Below are positions 1 to 9,699 of a stretch of DNA of 64,000 nucleotides, one piece after another. The notes under the pieces are model-generated. The model saw nothing but the letters and a program-made list of their open reading frames with translations, had not been told where the DNA came from and made no database searches. The DNA is taken from assembly GCA_963765895.1 (NCBI GenBank), contig CAVXZB010000023.1, positions 64,001 through 128,000 on the forward strand, in the 5' to 3' direction. The stretch comes from an uncultured Nitrososphaeraceae archaeon. GTDB lineage: Archaea; Thermoproteota; Nitrososphaeria; Nitrososphaerales; Nitrososphaeraceae. A program made the position numbers and the translations under genes. The stretch's first letter is position 1; each line of letters opens with the position of its first letter.

Positions 1-1148
1 CTCTCCAAGCTAATTCTATGTTTATTAACACCATTGCTGAGAAGCACAGGAATCATAGTGGCGAGACCTGGAAACCCAGCCAACGCAGACCAGATATCCC
101 CCTTTCCAACTTTCATTGATAGTCTGCTAGCAACATGGTCGGTACCAATAGTATCGATTTGGCCATGTCTTAACGCAGACCATAAATGGTAGAGATCGCT
201 TTTTGATCTGATGGGCGGGACAACCTTGCCAAGTATACTATCAAAGTCCGTGCTGTGAGTAAGATAATGTGGACACGTTTCAATGTATAAACTGTTCCTT
301 CCACCTCCCCTTTTTCGCTGTTGCAATATCGTTTCTAGAGCCCGTGCGGATCCAATATGTACAAAGTATAATTCTGAATTAAATTGTCGTGCAAATGAAG
401 CGGCTTTAGTTATGCTTCTTATTTCAGATAAAGCCGGTCTGCATCTAGACCATGTTTCCAAGATGGGCAGGTTCTCCTGTTTGTTTTTGATTGCCCTCAT
501 ATATTCAGCACACATCAACGGATCTTCTGCGTGAACCATTGTTAAAGAATTATTTATTTTTGCAGACATGATTATTGAAGAGAGCAATTCATCATTCACA
601 TTTACCTCAGAGTATAGCGGTTAATCTGATCCAGGTTCAAGATCCACATAAATATGGTTTAGCTCTCCACCCAGGTTCATGTATACCTTAAAGGAATTGA
701 TTCCAATTTTTTCTGCAAGGTATGGGATATCTTGGATCTGGGACCGATGTAGAATTGAAGCGTGAATAGAATAATCTACATAATGGTTACCCCTACTTGC
801 TGAGAGCTGTTTTTCGATATCTGTGTAACTCCCAGTCATCCTAAGTATTCGCATCATAGTCGTTACTCCTCCTATGCAGGCTGATGCTGACTCCGTCTGT
901 GCAGCCTCTTCTATCGGCCTATATACACCGTAGTGAACATGTGGATCTATCACACCCGGGAGCACGTATTTATCATTAGCGCTTATTATTTTAGAAGCCT
1001 GAATGTTATCAATTGACCGTTGAAGTGATTTGATTTTTCCATTCTCTATCAAGATATTCGTCTGAATGATCCCGATTTCTGGTATAACCACGCCCTTGGC
1101 GTTAGCAATTAGTGTGTCACAGACGTTTTTCATAGTACTAGTTGTCAT
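1..1148 (-). CDS. Cyclic amidohydrolase (dihydroorotase/dihydropyrimidinase/allantoinase family), runs off window start; internal in-frame TAA at 621-623
   Basis: PGVIDPHVH metal motif and GGVTT. The same frame continues past the TAA as PLYSEVNVNDELL...VHAEDP. Confidence 0.8.
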
Positions 1149-1406
1149 TCATTTGTTCTATTTTGGTATTTAACAACTAGCGTGGTCACAAATCTGCCAT
1201 AGGTATCAATATAAATTCTGGCCAATAGAAAATGTCTCGAAATTGGTTAGATATTGAAAACTGTGTTAACGCTTTATGTCAACTGAGGCAGCCTTAATCG
1301 TCCTGTTTCCACCTCCTTTTTCTGCTGTTGAAGACTATCGTTCAATTTTATTAGGGGGCTCTGAACACGAAATCCAGATATAAGTGAACATTAATAGCCA
1401 TACCTG

Positions 1407-1709
1407 ATGGCTAAAGATACATCTTCGGCAGCTTCAAACACGATCCCGTTTCCAACATTAACGATTCTATACATTCCAGACAAAGCCGAATCCTTGATCG
1501 GAGAAATAGGCGAAAAGTATTGTAATATGACGACTGAGGAGTGCAAGGGATTCTTTCATGGGGGAATTCAAAGAGAATATAAGAAAATAACAATATGGAG
1601 TCAGGGAATAGATAGCCTATGGTTTAACGCCATCATAGCCAAGATAAAAGAATTAGCCAATATAGAATATGTGCCTATCGTCTCTGGAGGCATAATGTAT
1701 TCCGTCTAG
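1407..1709 (+). CDS. Hypothetical protein
   Basis: 100-aa ATG ORF with normal composition; no motif recognised. Confidence 0.45.
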   Translation: MAKDTSSAASNTIPFPTLTILYIPDKAESLIGEIGEKYCNMTTEECKGFFHGGIQREYKKITIWSQGIDSLWFNAIIAKIKELANIEYVPIVSGGIMYSV

Positions 1710-1895
1710 CCGTTTATTCGGTCCAAAATATTATCATGATGATCGAAATTAAAGAGTAGTCGATCTCCCAGGTTAAGTAGTCCAATAACCCGAAATAGAT
1801 CTTAATATTCAATTCCGAGTCATCGATGTTAGCGACTAGGAAAAAACTAAGAAAAGAGGCAGGTCCGTGAACAGTCTAGGAAGCCATGTTAACAT

Positions 1896-1990
1896 TAGCC
1901 CGGCCCAGATTCGAACTGGGGTCAAAGGCTCCAAAGGCCTCTATGCTTGGCCACTACATTCAGCGGTCTCTAAAATACCACTACCGGGCT
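1896..1990 (-). tRNA. tRNA-Gln(TTG) with ~22-nt non-canonical intron in the D-arm (~1957-1978)
   Basis: Minus strand reads AGCCCGG TA GTG[GTATTTTAGAGACCGCTGAATG]TAGTGGCCAAGCAT A GAGGC CTTTGGA GCCTT TGAC CCCAG TTCGAAT CTGGG CCGGGCT A. Removing 22 nt gives a canonical 73-nt archaeal tRNA-Gln. Confidence 0.92.
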
Positions 1991-2020
1991 TCCGGGCGTA
2001 TCTTGTTATAATGCGCTAAC

Positions 2021-2027
2021 TTTATAA
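2021..2027 (-). promoter_or_regulatory. TATA box of tRNA-Gln
   Basis: TTATAAA ~30 nt upstream of the mature 5' end. Confidence 0.5.
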
Positions 2028-2029
2028 TG

Positions 2030-3094
2030 TTACGCACAATTCCTAATGAAGGACAACAATTCCAACATAGGATCCTCCATATTATCAAGGATATGCTTCG
2101 CAATTTTTTTCTGCCTAGTTGCATAGACTTCACTTTGGAGCATCGTTCTAACTAATAACAGTAGCTCGCGAGCATTTGAAGACCGTCTTGCTAACCCTGA
2201 ACGGACAAGATATTTCTCGACATAGAAACGAAATGGAGAAATAGAAATTGTAGGCTTTCCAAGAAGCGCAGCTTCCGTGGTCATTGTACCCCCTGCTCCT
2301 ATGAAAACATCAACCGAGGAAATCAACGAGACACCGTCTACAATATTTTTTAGTACTTTTGCTTTACCTCGATATCGCTTTTCAACTTGACGAAATTGAT
2401 CCTGATATCTACAGAGAATTATAATATTCGTCGTCTGAGATAGATCGCGTATAAGCTCATCTATCATCAAGAGGCTACTATTCAACTTTCTATCCGCTAT
2501 GTAAGATGCCTTTAATTCTTCTAACCTAATCAAGATATTTTTTCTACCCTTTTCCACAGCCGAATTAGCAATCAGTTTTGTAGGTCCAGTGTTCGAATCT
2601 CTTTTTAGCCATACTACAGGATCTAGGCCTTTATACATTGTTATTAGACTACTCGAAATCCCGGAATCTCGCCATGCCGAAATAGGTATAACCCAGGGAC
2701 AAAAGAGTCGAGTTAGCAGTGGGACTGTAAGCTTTGTCACGGCAGTTGCATGAGGCGAATCGTTAAAACCTAAATGCTTAATACCAAGGCCAAAGGCAAC
2801 TCTGCCGCATTCTGGAGATGAAAATGAAATAGCAATAGATGGTTCGAATTTTTTTACCTCGTAAGCCAGCTTAAATGTTCTACTAGTGCTTGCACGAAGT
2901 TTTTCATATCTTTCTGCTCCTCCATGTCTTCCTATTATCTTAAGTTGCAGATTCTTCATGCTGGCCAATTCGACTGCTTCTCTATATTGTCTTGAAGTAC
3001 ATAGGATATCGTGCCCCTGCTCCTTTAAGTAATCTACAGCTGGCTTAAAAAACATAACCTGCTTAGGTGTTAGAATATCAAACCAGATCCTCAA
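2030..3094 (-). CDS. DUF354 family GT-B-fold protein (UDP-GlcNAc 2-epimerase/glycosyltransferase-like)
   Basis: N-terminal RIWFDILTPKQVMFF and GAGGTMTTEAALLGKP motif. Confidence 0.85.
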   Translation of the reverse strand: MRIWFDILTPKQVMFFKPAVDYLKEQGHDILCTSRQYREAVELASMKNLQLKIIGRHGGAERYEKLRASTSRTFKLAYEVKKFEPSIAISFSSPECGRVAFGLGIKHLGFNDSPHATAVTKLTVPLLTRLFCPWVIPISAWRDSGISSSLITMYKGLDPVVWLKRDSNTGPTKLIANSAVEKGRKNILIRLEELKASYIADRKLNSSLLMIDELIRDLSQTTNIIILCRYQDQFRQVEKRYRGKAKVLKNIVDGVSLISSVDVFIGAGGTMTTEAALLGKPTISISPFRFYVEKYLVRSGLARRSSNARELLLLVRTMLQSEVYATRQKKIAKHILDNMEDPMLELLSFIRNCA

Positions 3095-3204
3095 TAGCAG
3101 GGTTAATACGATCTATAATGGAATAAAGTCTTTGCCTAATTTCTTTTATATATATAGTAATGCATCAATAGATAAATGCCTGCGGAAGAGGTGAGAGTAA
3201 TCAA

Positions 3205-4380
3205 TTGAGCTTTCGACAGTCATCATCATCATCGTTATCTGTCACCGTATATGGTCTCAGCACAGAAGGGTATAGAATCGCATCCTCTATTGCACTTAAG
3301 GGTTTGAAAGTATCGTTGATTGATGAATCAGCCAGAGTAGCAATAGCACTTAAGCCAGATATTGCACGTAACTATCCGAATGTGAACTCTCTGATAGATG
3401 ATGAATCCTTATTGAATCTTGAGCCGGTGGATATTGCCATTAGTACTGCTTCGTATATTTTTTTTGCCCCTAAAATTCGAAAAATAGGCCAAGATGTGAA
3501 GAGTGATGTTATGTCTAAATTAAGAGATGCCATAAAGACGTTGAGGAAGGGATCATCGTTTGTCTACACGCTACCTACGGGGATTGGGGGAAACGATGAA
3601 AATATAGCTCTTATAGAACATTTAACTGGAATGAGAGTAGGAAGTGATATAAATTATTACTATATTCCAATCTTCAGTAGTGGTTCTTCCTCACGCGATC
3701 TATTAGTAGGTTCAATCCAATCAAAGCAAGATGCACAGATGGAGCGACTGCTCCTTGATCAAGATACAGACATGAAAGTAGATTTTGTGGACGTTCTTTC
3801 TGCTGAATTTGCACACTCAATTAGAATCCTTGGACATTACGCTGGACTAGCGAGTATTCTAGAAGTATGTAAACAGGTAAACGACGTGCGCATAAGTAAC
3901 GAGTTAATGTCCAATCCTCTTAGAAATATCTATCTTGATGAAGTAGCAGATGGCTTGTACGACCTCCGCGCAATAGCAGCTTCTTTAGGTGGTGCAGGTC
4001 CGTTAATGTACCTCGTTAACGGCACGATAAAAGGGACTGAAGGATATATAAAACATCTCATAGACGAAGTTAGGGATGTCCTCAAGAAACGCGATCTTAA
4101 AGCAAGCAGAACAAAAGTCGTGATAAAATGGGGATTGGATCTAAATGAAATGAGAGGAGATAAGTTAGACTTACTGTCGTCGCTAGAATCCAAGTTGAAG
4201 GATTACATAGGTGATGTAGAATTACATAATGGACCTTCGATAGATCTGTATCCCAATGACAAGACGATTATTATTATTACATGTTCAAAAGAAGATTATG
4301 CAAAATTGGAAGATGAAGGAATTGTTAACAGCGAATGCATAATAATGAAAGCAAATCCTGTCTGCGAGATAGTTGGTTAA
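3205..4380 (+). CDS. Divergent nucleotide-sugar (UDP-glucose/UDP-GlcNAc) dehydrogenase-like protein
   Basis: Rossmann-like N-terminus VTVYGLSTEGYRIA; length and domain layout of the UDP-sugar dehydrogenase family, but canonical motifs are degenerate. Confidence 0.6.
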   Translation: MSFRQSSSSSLSVTVYGLSTEGYRIASSIALKGLKVSLIDESARVAIALKPDIARNYPNVNSLIDDESLLNLEPVDIAISTASYIFFAPKIRKIGQDVKSDVMSKLRDAIKTLRKGSSFVYTLPTGIGGNDENIALIEHLTGMRVGSDINYYYIPIFSSGSSSRDLLVGSIQSKQDAQMERLLLDQDTDMKVDFVDVLSAEFAHSIRILGHYAGLASILEVCKQVNDVRISNELMSNPLRNIYLDEVADGLYDLRAIAASLGGAGPLMYLVNGTIKGTEGYIKHLIDEVRDVLKKRDLKASRTKVVIKWGLDLNEMRGDKLDLLSSLESKLKDYIGDVELHNGPSIDLYPNDKTIIIITCSKEDYAKLEDEGIVNSECIIMKANPVCEIVG

Positions 4381-4573
4381 TATTTTAAGAGTAAGCTGGG
4401 CTCAAGTCTATTGTATCAAAGGAAACGTAGCATCCGTAGCCAGAGTGGAAGCAGCAATTATACTATCATAATACCAATTATCATCACGAAGTTGTCTCGA
4501 CTGAGACAGACGCGAGAATACTTACCGCTATGGCCAGATACCGATTGATTTTTGAGCGATATAAAATTTGGAG

Positions 4574-5167
4574 TTAAGTTTGTAAACTCGCTCGTGACTT
4601 ATTCCACTTTTCTCTTTTAGAATTGTACTCTTCCCGAGAATAGGCGACTCTTGCAGGATGTCCTATAACAACCGTGTTAGCAGGAACATCCCTGGTCACG
4701 ACGGCGGCCATAGCAATTACACTGTTTTTGCCTATTCTGACTCCAGGCCTAATAACAGCTCTACTGCCTATTATTGCACCGTCTTCAACGATTACGCCTA
4801 TCATATGTGGACTCATCGGATAAGGGTCATTAGTGAAAGTAGCGCCTGGACCCACGAACACATTTTTGCCGATAGATGTTAGTGGTGGTATATATACTGA
4901 GCCTTCAATTCTAGTGTTTTCACCGATCTTAACTGAATAGTCTACATGAGTTAGAGAGCCTATCACTACGTTATCACTTATTTCGGTATCTCCACCGATA
5001 TATGCAAAATGCCAGATCTTAACATTTTTGCCAATCTTTGCATTCCTCGAAATGTAATTCGTTATCTTGTCATCATTTTTGTTATTTTTAATTGTCGAAA
5101 ATTTAGCATCGACGGAGTCATTATCTTTATCATCATTTCGATTTGCTGCATTCTGCTTCTCATTCAT
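4574..5167 (-). CDS. Hexapeptide-repeat N-acetyltransferase (WbpD-like)
   Basis: Left-handed beta-helix repeats (AKIGKNVKIWHFAYIG), FTNDPYP, VVTRDVP...GHPAR. Confidence 0.9.
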   Translation of the reverse strand: MNEKQNAANRNDDKDNDSVDAKFSTIKNNKNDDKITNYISRNAKIGKNVKIWHFAYIGGDTEISDNVVIGSLTHVDYSVKIGENTRIEGSVYIPPLTSIGKNVFVGPGATFTNDPYPMSPHMIGVIVEDGAIIGSRAVIRPGVRIGKNSVIAMAAVVTRDVPANTVVIGHPARVAYSREEYNSKREKWNKSRASLQT

Positions 5168-5246
5168 TTCCTAGCCATATCCTAATTGTACCATGTATTA
5201 TATCTTTGATCATTCACGTGTTTTCATTTAATACTTATCGCTGCTC

Positions 5247-5534
5247 TTAGAGATGCCACGGTCGTGCCTTATGCAGTATGTCAATAGGGATCACGTCCCG
5301 CCACTTTTGCAGAAATTCTATATCCTTTTGCTTGTCACGTAATTCATCAGGTAACATAATTGGGATCTGCTCAATAATTGGGTAAAACCGAGTACATTTG
5401 TCGCAGTATAATATTCCCATGTTAATGGTTTCATCGCTTGTACGTTCATCTTCACTTACGCTGATCTCAAATAAAACTAACGGATAATGTTTATCAATCG
5501 GACATGCTAGGATATTCAGCATTGATTTTTTCAA
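5247..5534 (-). CDS. trm112: Trm112 family methyltransferase activator
   Basis: LNILACPIDKHYPL...CDKCTRFYPIIEQIPIMLP. Confidence 0.9.
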   Translation of the reverse strand: MKKSMLNILACPIDKHYPLVLFEISVSEDERTSDETINMGILYCDKCTRFYPIIEQIPIMLPDELRDKQKDIEFLQKWRDVIPIDILHKARPWHL

Positions 5535-5539
5535 TTTGC

Positions 5540-6506
5540 CTATCTCAAATCCATGTAAATTGGGGAGCCAGTGTTGCTAGATAAAAGGGCTCGCCTCTGC
5601 CACGCGCGTAACATTAACTGCGTCTATAGCAGAAGCCAAAGGTGTGCTTTTTTCTCCACTAATAGCAGATAGGAAACTCCTCAATTCTAATGTAAGAGGT
5701 TCCTGAAAATGATGCCTTCTAGGTATCAGAGTAGCATCCCCGTGATCTATCTTGATCTCCTGTGTAATAAAATCGCCCGTAATTATACCTTCGGTACAAA
5801 CAGCGCTGAACATTCTTACCTTTTTTGGTGTAATCCAGTTAGAAGCTATAATCGCAACCTTCTGATTAGCGAATCCTAACATTATGGTAGCAAAGTCCTC
5901 ATAGGAATGGAATTTCTTTCCTGCTCTCGCAAAAACCATATCTGGAGTGCCGTTAAATAGAAACATCGCGGTGTCAATATCATGGACTGAGGTATCGTAG
6001 ATTATGCCAACGTCCCTTATATGCAGTGGCATCCTATTTTCTCGATGAAATTCCATCATTATAAGGTCACCGTATTGTTTTCTATCTATTATTTGCTTAA
6101 AATCCTGCACTGCTGGATTAAAACGCTCTATATAGCCTGATGTGAGAATAACACCCTTCTTACCTGCTGCGGATACCATCTCTTCACACTCCATAGTAGA
6201 AAAGGATAAGGGCTTCTCAACGAAAATGTTTATGCCACTTTCTATAACCTTTTTTGCTACTACAGAGTGAGTTTTAGTAGGTGTACATATAATACATGCA
6301 TCCAAAGAGCGTTCCTCTTGAAGTAACTCATCAACTGAGAGATACAGGTTGGTATTATAAAGATCTGCAATTTTTTTTGATCGACCTGCATCTGCGTCAC
6401 AAATGGCAGATAGTACTCCAATATCATGTAGAACCCGAGCATGATTTTTGCCCCAGCCTCCAACTCCTATTACAGCTACTTTAAGGTCCCTATTGCTCCC
6501 TACCAT
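5540..6506 (-). CDS. Gfo/Idh/MocA family oxidoreductase (WbpB-like); +1 frameshift at ~5592
   Basis: VIGVGGWGKNH, VEKP, GYIERFNP, D..VHDID. Removing one base restores the C-terminus ALLSSNTGSPIYMDLR*. Confidence 0.9.
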
Positions 6507-7426
6507 ACTGACGTTAGCCACTTTTCATACTGCCCAATCTGTCCTGTAACTACTTTCGAATAGGTTTCTCTAATTCTTCTCGTTACAGGTCCCTCCCTGC
6601 CGCTACTTATAACATGGCGATCGACGCTCACTATTGCCGTGATTTCAGCTGCAGTGCCAGTCAAAAAGAGTTCGTCTGCAAAATATAATTCTGTTCTTGG
6701 AATTGGTCGTTCAACTACTTCATAACCTAGGCCTTTTGCAATAGTGATCGTTGTATCGCGGGTAATGCCTTCTAAGGCAGAGCTCCCAATATGAGGCGTG
6801 TAAATAATATTATTTCGTATGACAAAAATATTTTCGCCAGCTGCTTCACTTACATTTCCTTCTCTATCGAGAAGTATTGATTCGTCATAACCATTATTTT
6901 TACTCTCTTGAGTCGCTAGGATCGAATTAAGGTAATTTCCTGCCGCCTTTGACATGGGAGGGGTAGAAGTATCATGGATCCTTCGCCAAGAAGAAATGCA
7001 TGTGTGAATGCCCTCAGAGTTAAAGTATTTGGCAAACGGAAATACGATTATTACTACGTGTGTCGGGGAAGAATTAGTAATATTAAGGTCGATTCCATGT
7101 AGGCCAACAAATGTCAATGGACGTATATAGCACGATTCTTTAATGTTACTCCTTCTCAGTAGATCTATAGTTGCATTACAAAGATCATCTGCGCTGTATT
7201 TCACCAAAAAGGAATAGACGTTCGCCGACCTGTGTAGTCGCTGCATATGCTCTCGGAGCCTAAATACAAAGAGATTTTTCTCAGTAGCATATCCTCGTAT
7301 TCCCTCGAATACCGCGGTGCCATAATGCAGGGCATGAGCTGTGACGGGGATTTTGGCTTCTTCCCATTTCAAAAAATTTCCGTCAAACCAGATAAGCTCC
7401 GCTCCTTTAGTTTTCATCCAGAGCAA
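6500..7426 (-). CDS. ilvE: Branched-chain amino acid aminotransferase
   Basis: HALHYGTAVFEGIR, KAAGNY (PLP lysine), EAAGENIF, LEGITR, GTAAEI. Confidence 0.95.
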   Translation of the reverse strand: MLWMKTKGAELIWFDGNFLKWEEAKIPVTAHALHYGTAVFEGIRGYATEKNLFVFRLREHMQRLHRSANVYSFLVKYSADDLCNATIDLLRRSNIKESCYIRPLTFVGLHGIDLNITNSSPTHVVIIVFPFAKYFNSEGIHTCISSWRRIHDTSTPPMSKAAGNYLNSILATQESKNNGYDESILLDREGNVSEAAGENIFVIRNNIIYTPHIGSSALEGITRDTTITIAKGLGYEVVERPIPRTELYFADELFLTGTAAEITAIVSVDRHVISSGREGPVTRRIRETYSKVVTGQIGQYEKWLTSVW

Positions 7427-7453
7427 ATTTCATTTGTGCACTATAAATATCTT

Positions 7454-8089
7454 CTAACTAAAGCACAACCCTTCTCTTGGGAATTTCATACCCATTATTT
7501 TGATTGTATGGTCAGGACAATTCGCAAAGCGCTCTACGATTATCCAGTTGTCCTTGATAATATTAGCCACCTTGAAGGGAACCATATCCTCCCAATTATG
7601 CCTCACTTTATAATTGCTTGAATTACCAGTTTTGGCTTGGCGGTAAAGCGATTCTTTCACATTTGAAGCTGAAATATCCAGTCGCTTGGTTTGGGTGGGA
7701 TGCATTAAATAAAACCTCAACATTAGCCGTTCAGCTGTATCGCCAGTATATGATATAAAACGATTTTCTTTAACATTTTCAAGTATCTTCTTCCTAAGTC
7801 TCCAAGAGAATGGCGAAATTAAAGGCGGAAAGTACTTTATGAAAGGGGATTCAAACGAATAACTGGGCAATACAACTATACCCATGTCATCGAAAATCGA
7901 TTCTATCATGGCTTTTCTAATGTGATAGGGAAATGGAAAGCTTCGTGTAGTGATTTCCCTCCCGTTCTTTAAGAATATTACTGGCAACACGTAAACATTG
8001 TAACCTTTGTTTAGTGATAGAATGATTTCCTCATGAGCATTTGTTAGTGGGTTTAAATGTGCAAGAAGAATAACTGCAGAGTTTTTCAT
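7454..8089 (-). CDS. Cytidylyltransferase/nucleotidyltransferase (HxGH-like) family protein
   Basis: HLNPLTNAH near the N-terminus and ISASNVK (ISSS-like) motif; resembles NMN adenylyltransferase. Confidence 0.65.
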   Translation of the reverse strand: MKNSAVILLAHLNPLTNAHEEIILSLNKGYNVYVLPVIFLKNGREITTRSFPFPYHIRKAMIESIFDDMGIVVLPSYSFESPFIKYFPPLISPFSWRLRKKILENVKENRFISYTGDTAERLMLRFYLMHPTQTKRLDISASNVKESLYRQAKTGNSSNYKVRHNWEDMVPFKVANIIKDNWIIVERFANCPDHTIKIMGMKFPREGLCFS

Positions 8090-8140
8090 CAGATATTACA
8101 AAAATTAAGGTTATAAAACAAAAAGTGCCGAAGTAAGCGA

Positions 8141-8560
8141 TTAAGAGCTTCTCTTTATTTCAATTTCTATGGTAGAGACGTTTCTAGTTCTGCCATCCTC
8201 TGACTGAACCGTCTCGGAGCCAATTCTTACTTCGCCTACCTTGTAACCGGCGTTTTCCATCCTCTTCAATATTATCTGAGAGACATCGACTGCTCGTCCT
8301 ATGCTTAGGCCTCGCGCTTTGATCGTTACATATGGTTGATTGGCCAATTGAATCAGAGTAGACGTAACATACGCCATCAATGGTTTTTTGCCAATATATA
8401 TCGCATCACGTGGTGCATCTCTAAAGAACTGTTGATTTTGTTGTGGTTGTTGTGATTGTGGTTGTTGTGATTGTGGTTGTTGTGATTGTGGTTGTTGTGA
8501 TTGTGGTTGTTGTGATTGTGGTTGTTGTGATTGTGGTTGTTGTGATTGTGGTTCCGACAT
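8141..8560 (-). CDS. albA: DNA/RNA-binding protein Alba with N-terminal (PQSQQ)7 extension
   Basis: IYIGKKPLMAYV, IKARGLSIGRAVDV, NVSTIEIEI. Confidence 0.95.
   Translation of the reverse strand: MSEPQSQQPQSQQPQSQQPQSQQPQSQQPQSQQPQSQQPQQNQQFFRDAPRDAIYIGKKPLMAYVTSTLIQLANQPYVTIKARGLSIGRAVDVSQIILKRMENAGYKVGEVRIGSETVQSEDGRTRNVSTIEIEIKRSS
8447..8551. repeat. Perfect 15-bp tandem repeat x7 (TTGTTGTGATTGTGG), coding PQSQQ in Alba
   Basis: Counted directly in the sequence. Confidence 0.95.
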
Positions 8561-8766
8561 AAGGATGGTAAACACCTCAGGATATTTAAATCTAGAAGAT
8601 CTGACGAATTAGCATACCTGTGATCTGTAGACAAGTCTGATTGTCTCGACTCTCTGTGGTAAAAAGTTGCATTTATAGATATTGCAATAGTCACTAATCA
8701 CAGTTTCAAAGGTTGAAAAATAGATGAATATTTTCTAATGCATATGGAATCTATTGAAAATTGCAA

Positions 8767-8840
8767 TGGGACCGGCCGGATTCGAACCAGCGATCTCCAG
8801 CGCCCGAGGCTGGCATCATACCAAGCTAGACAACGGCCCC
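8767..8840 (-). tRNA. tRNA-Pro(CGG)
   Basis: GGGGCCG...CCAGC CT CGG GC GCTGG...GGTTCGAATCC...CGGTCCC A; intronless, with TTTATAA ~26-32 nt upstream. Confidence 0.95.
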
Positions 8841-9178
8841 CTTTAGAAAAATATTCAAGCCTCTATTATAAACTAAAAACTCATTGACAGAAATTAGAGA
8901 CCTGATCCTTTTCTGGTGGAAGGAGTGATGCAGGTGTAATAGGTGCAGGATTGAATATTGATACAAGTCAGGGAATTTCTAATAGCCTACCGTTACTTCG
9001 CTTTGAGGACTAATCGATAAAAACAACCAAATATTGATGTCAATATGACTTTTGGTACCAGTATTAAATTATTCTGATTTCAGATACCAGAACAAACTGC
9101 GCTACGCTTGACGCTCGGATTGAAATAATACAATAGTACATCTCAGGACTATGCTATATGCTCTAGTCTGTTTAGTAA

Positions 9179-9652
9179 TTAGACGCCTGCTAACTTTATG
9201 CTACCGTAAATACATGCATGACGAAGAGATCCTATTTCTTCCGATCTATGCTCTCGAAGTTCTATGACGTATCCGCTTTGTGAATGATAGTAAATTACCA
9301 TATTTTTGGGGTAAAAAGACAGCATATTGTGATTAGCATAATCCGAAGCCATATGGGGCAGATGGACTGTTTCCCAAGAAAACAGTTTATCGATGTCCCC
9401 ATCAAAATGGTATACGCTTCCACACGGACATTCAGCATCTCTCCAATCAGACCTAACATTCTGCAGCCAGTGACAGTTATTAGGCGAATGACTTGGTACT
9501 TCCTGCCTGGCGGACAACATTTCTAAGGGGAATTTTATTATATTTATTATTGTTGGCTCATGCTTAGAAGATATAATTTGAATATTCTCATAGGCATTAG
9601 AATTATTCAGTTTTAGATCACAGACTAACATCTTGTCCTGCTTCTTAATCAA
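9179..9652 (-). CDS. Hypothetical protein (Cys/His-containing, CPCG)
   Basis: 157-aa ORF directly downstream of DUF790 on the same strand; no family recognised. Confidence 0.4.
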   Translation of the reverse strand: MIKKQDKMLVCDLKLNNSNAYENIQIISSKHEPTIINIIKFPLEMLSARQEVPSHSPNNCHWLQNVRSDWRDAECPCGSVYHFDGDIDKLFSWETVHLPHMASDYANHNMLSFYPKNMVIYYHSQSGYVIELREHRSEEIGSLRHACIYGSIKLAGV

Positions 9653-9699
9653 GCCCCTGGTTTTACACGAATCCTTATTTGAAAAAGAATAGATCGAAT

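Noticed and set aside
8447-8551. Possible CRISPR array
   Set aside because: Contiguous 15-bp units with no spacers; no cas genes in the window.
8377-8694. Asn/His-repeat ORF (NHNHN)n
   Set aside because: Alternative frame of the Alba repeat, overlapping a well-supported gene.
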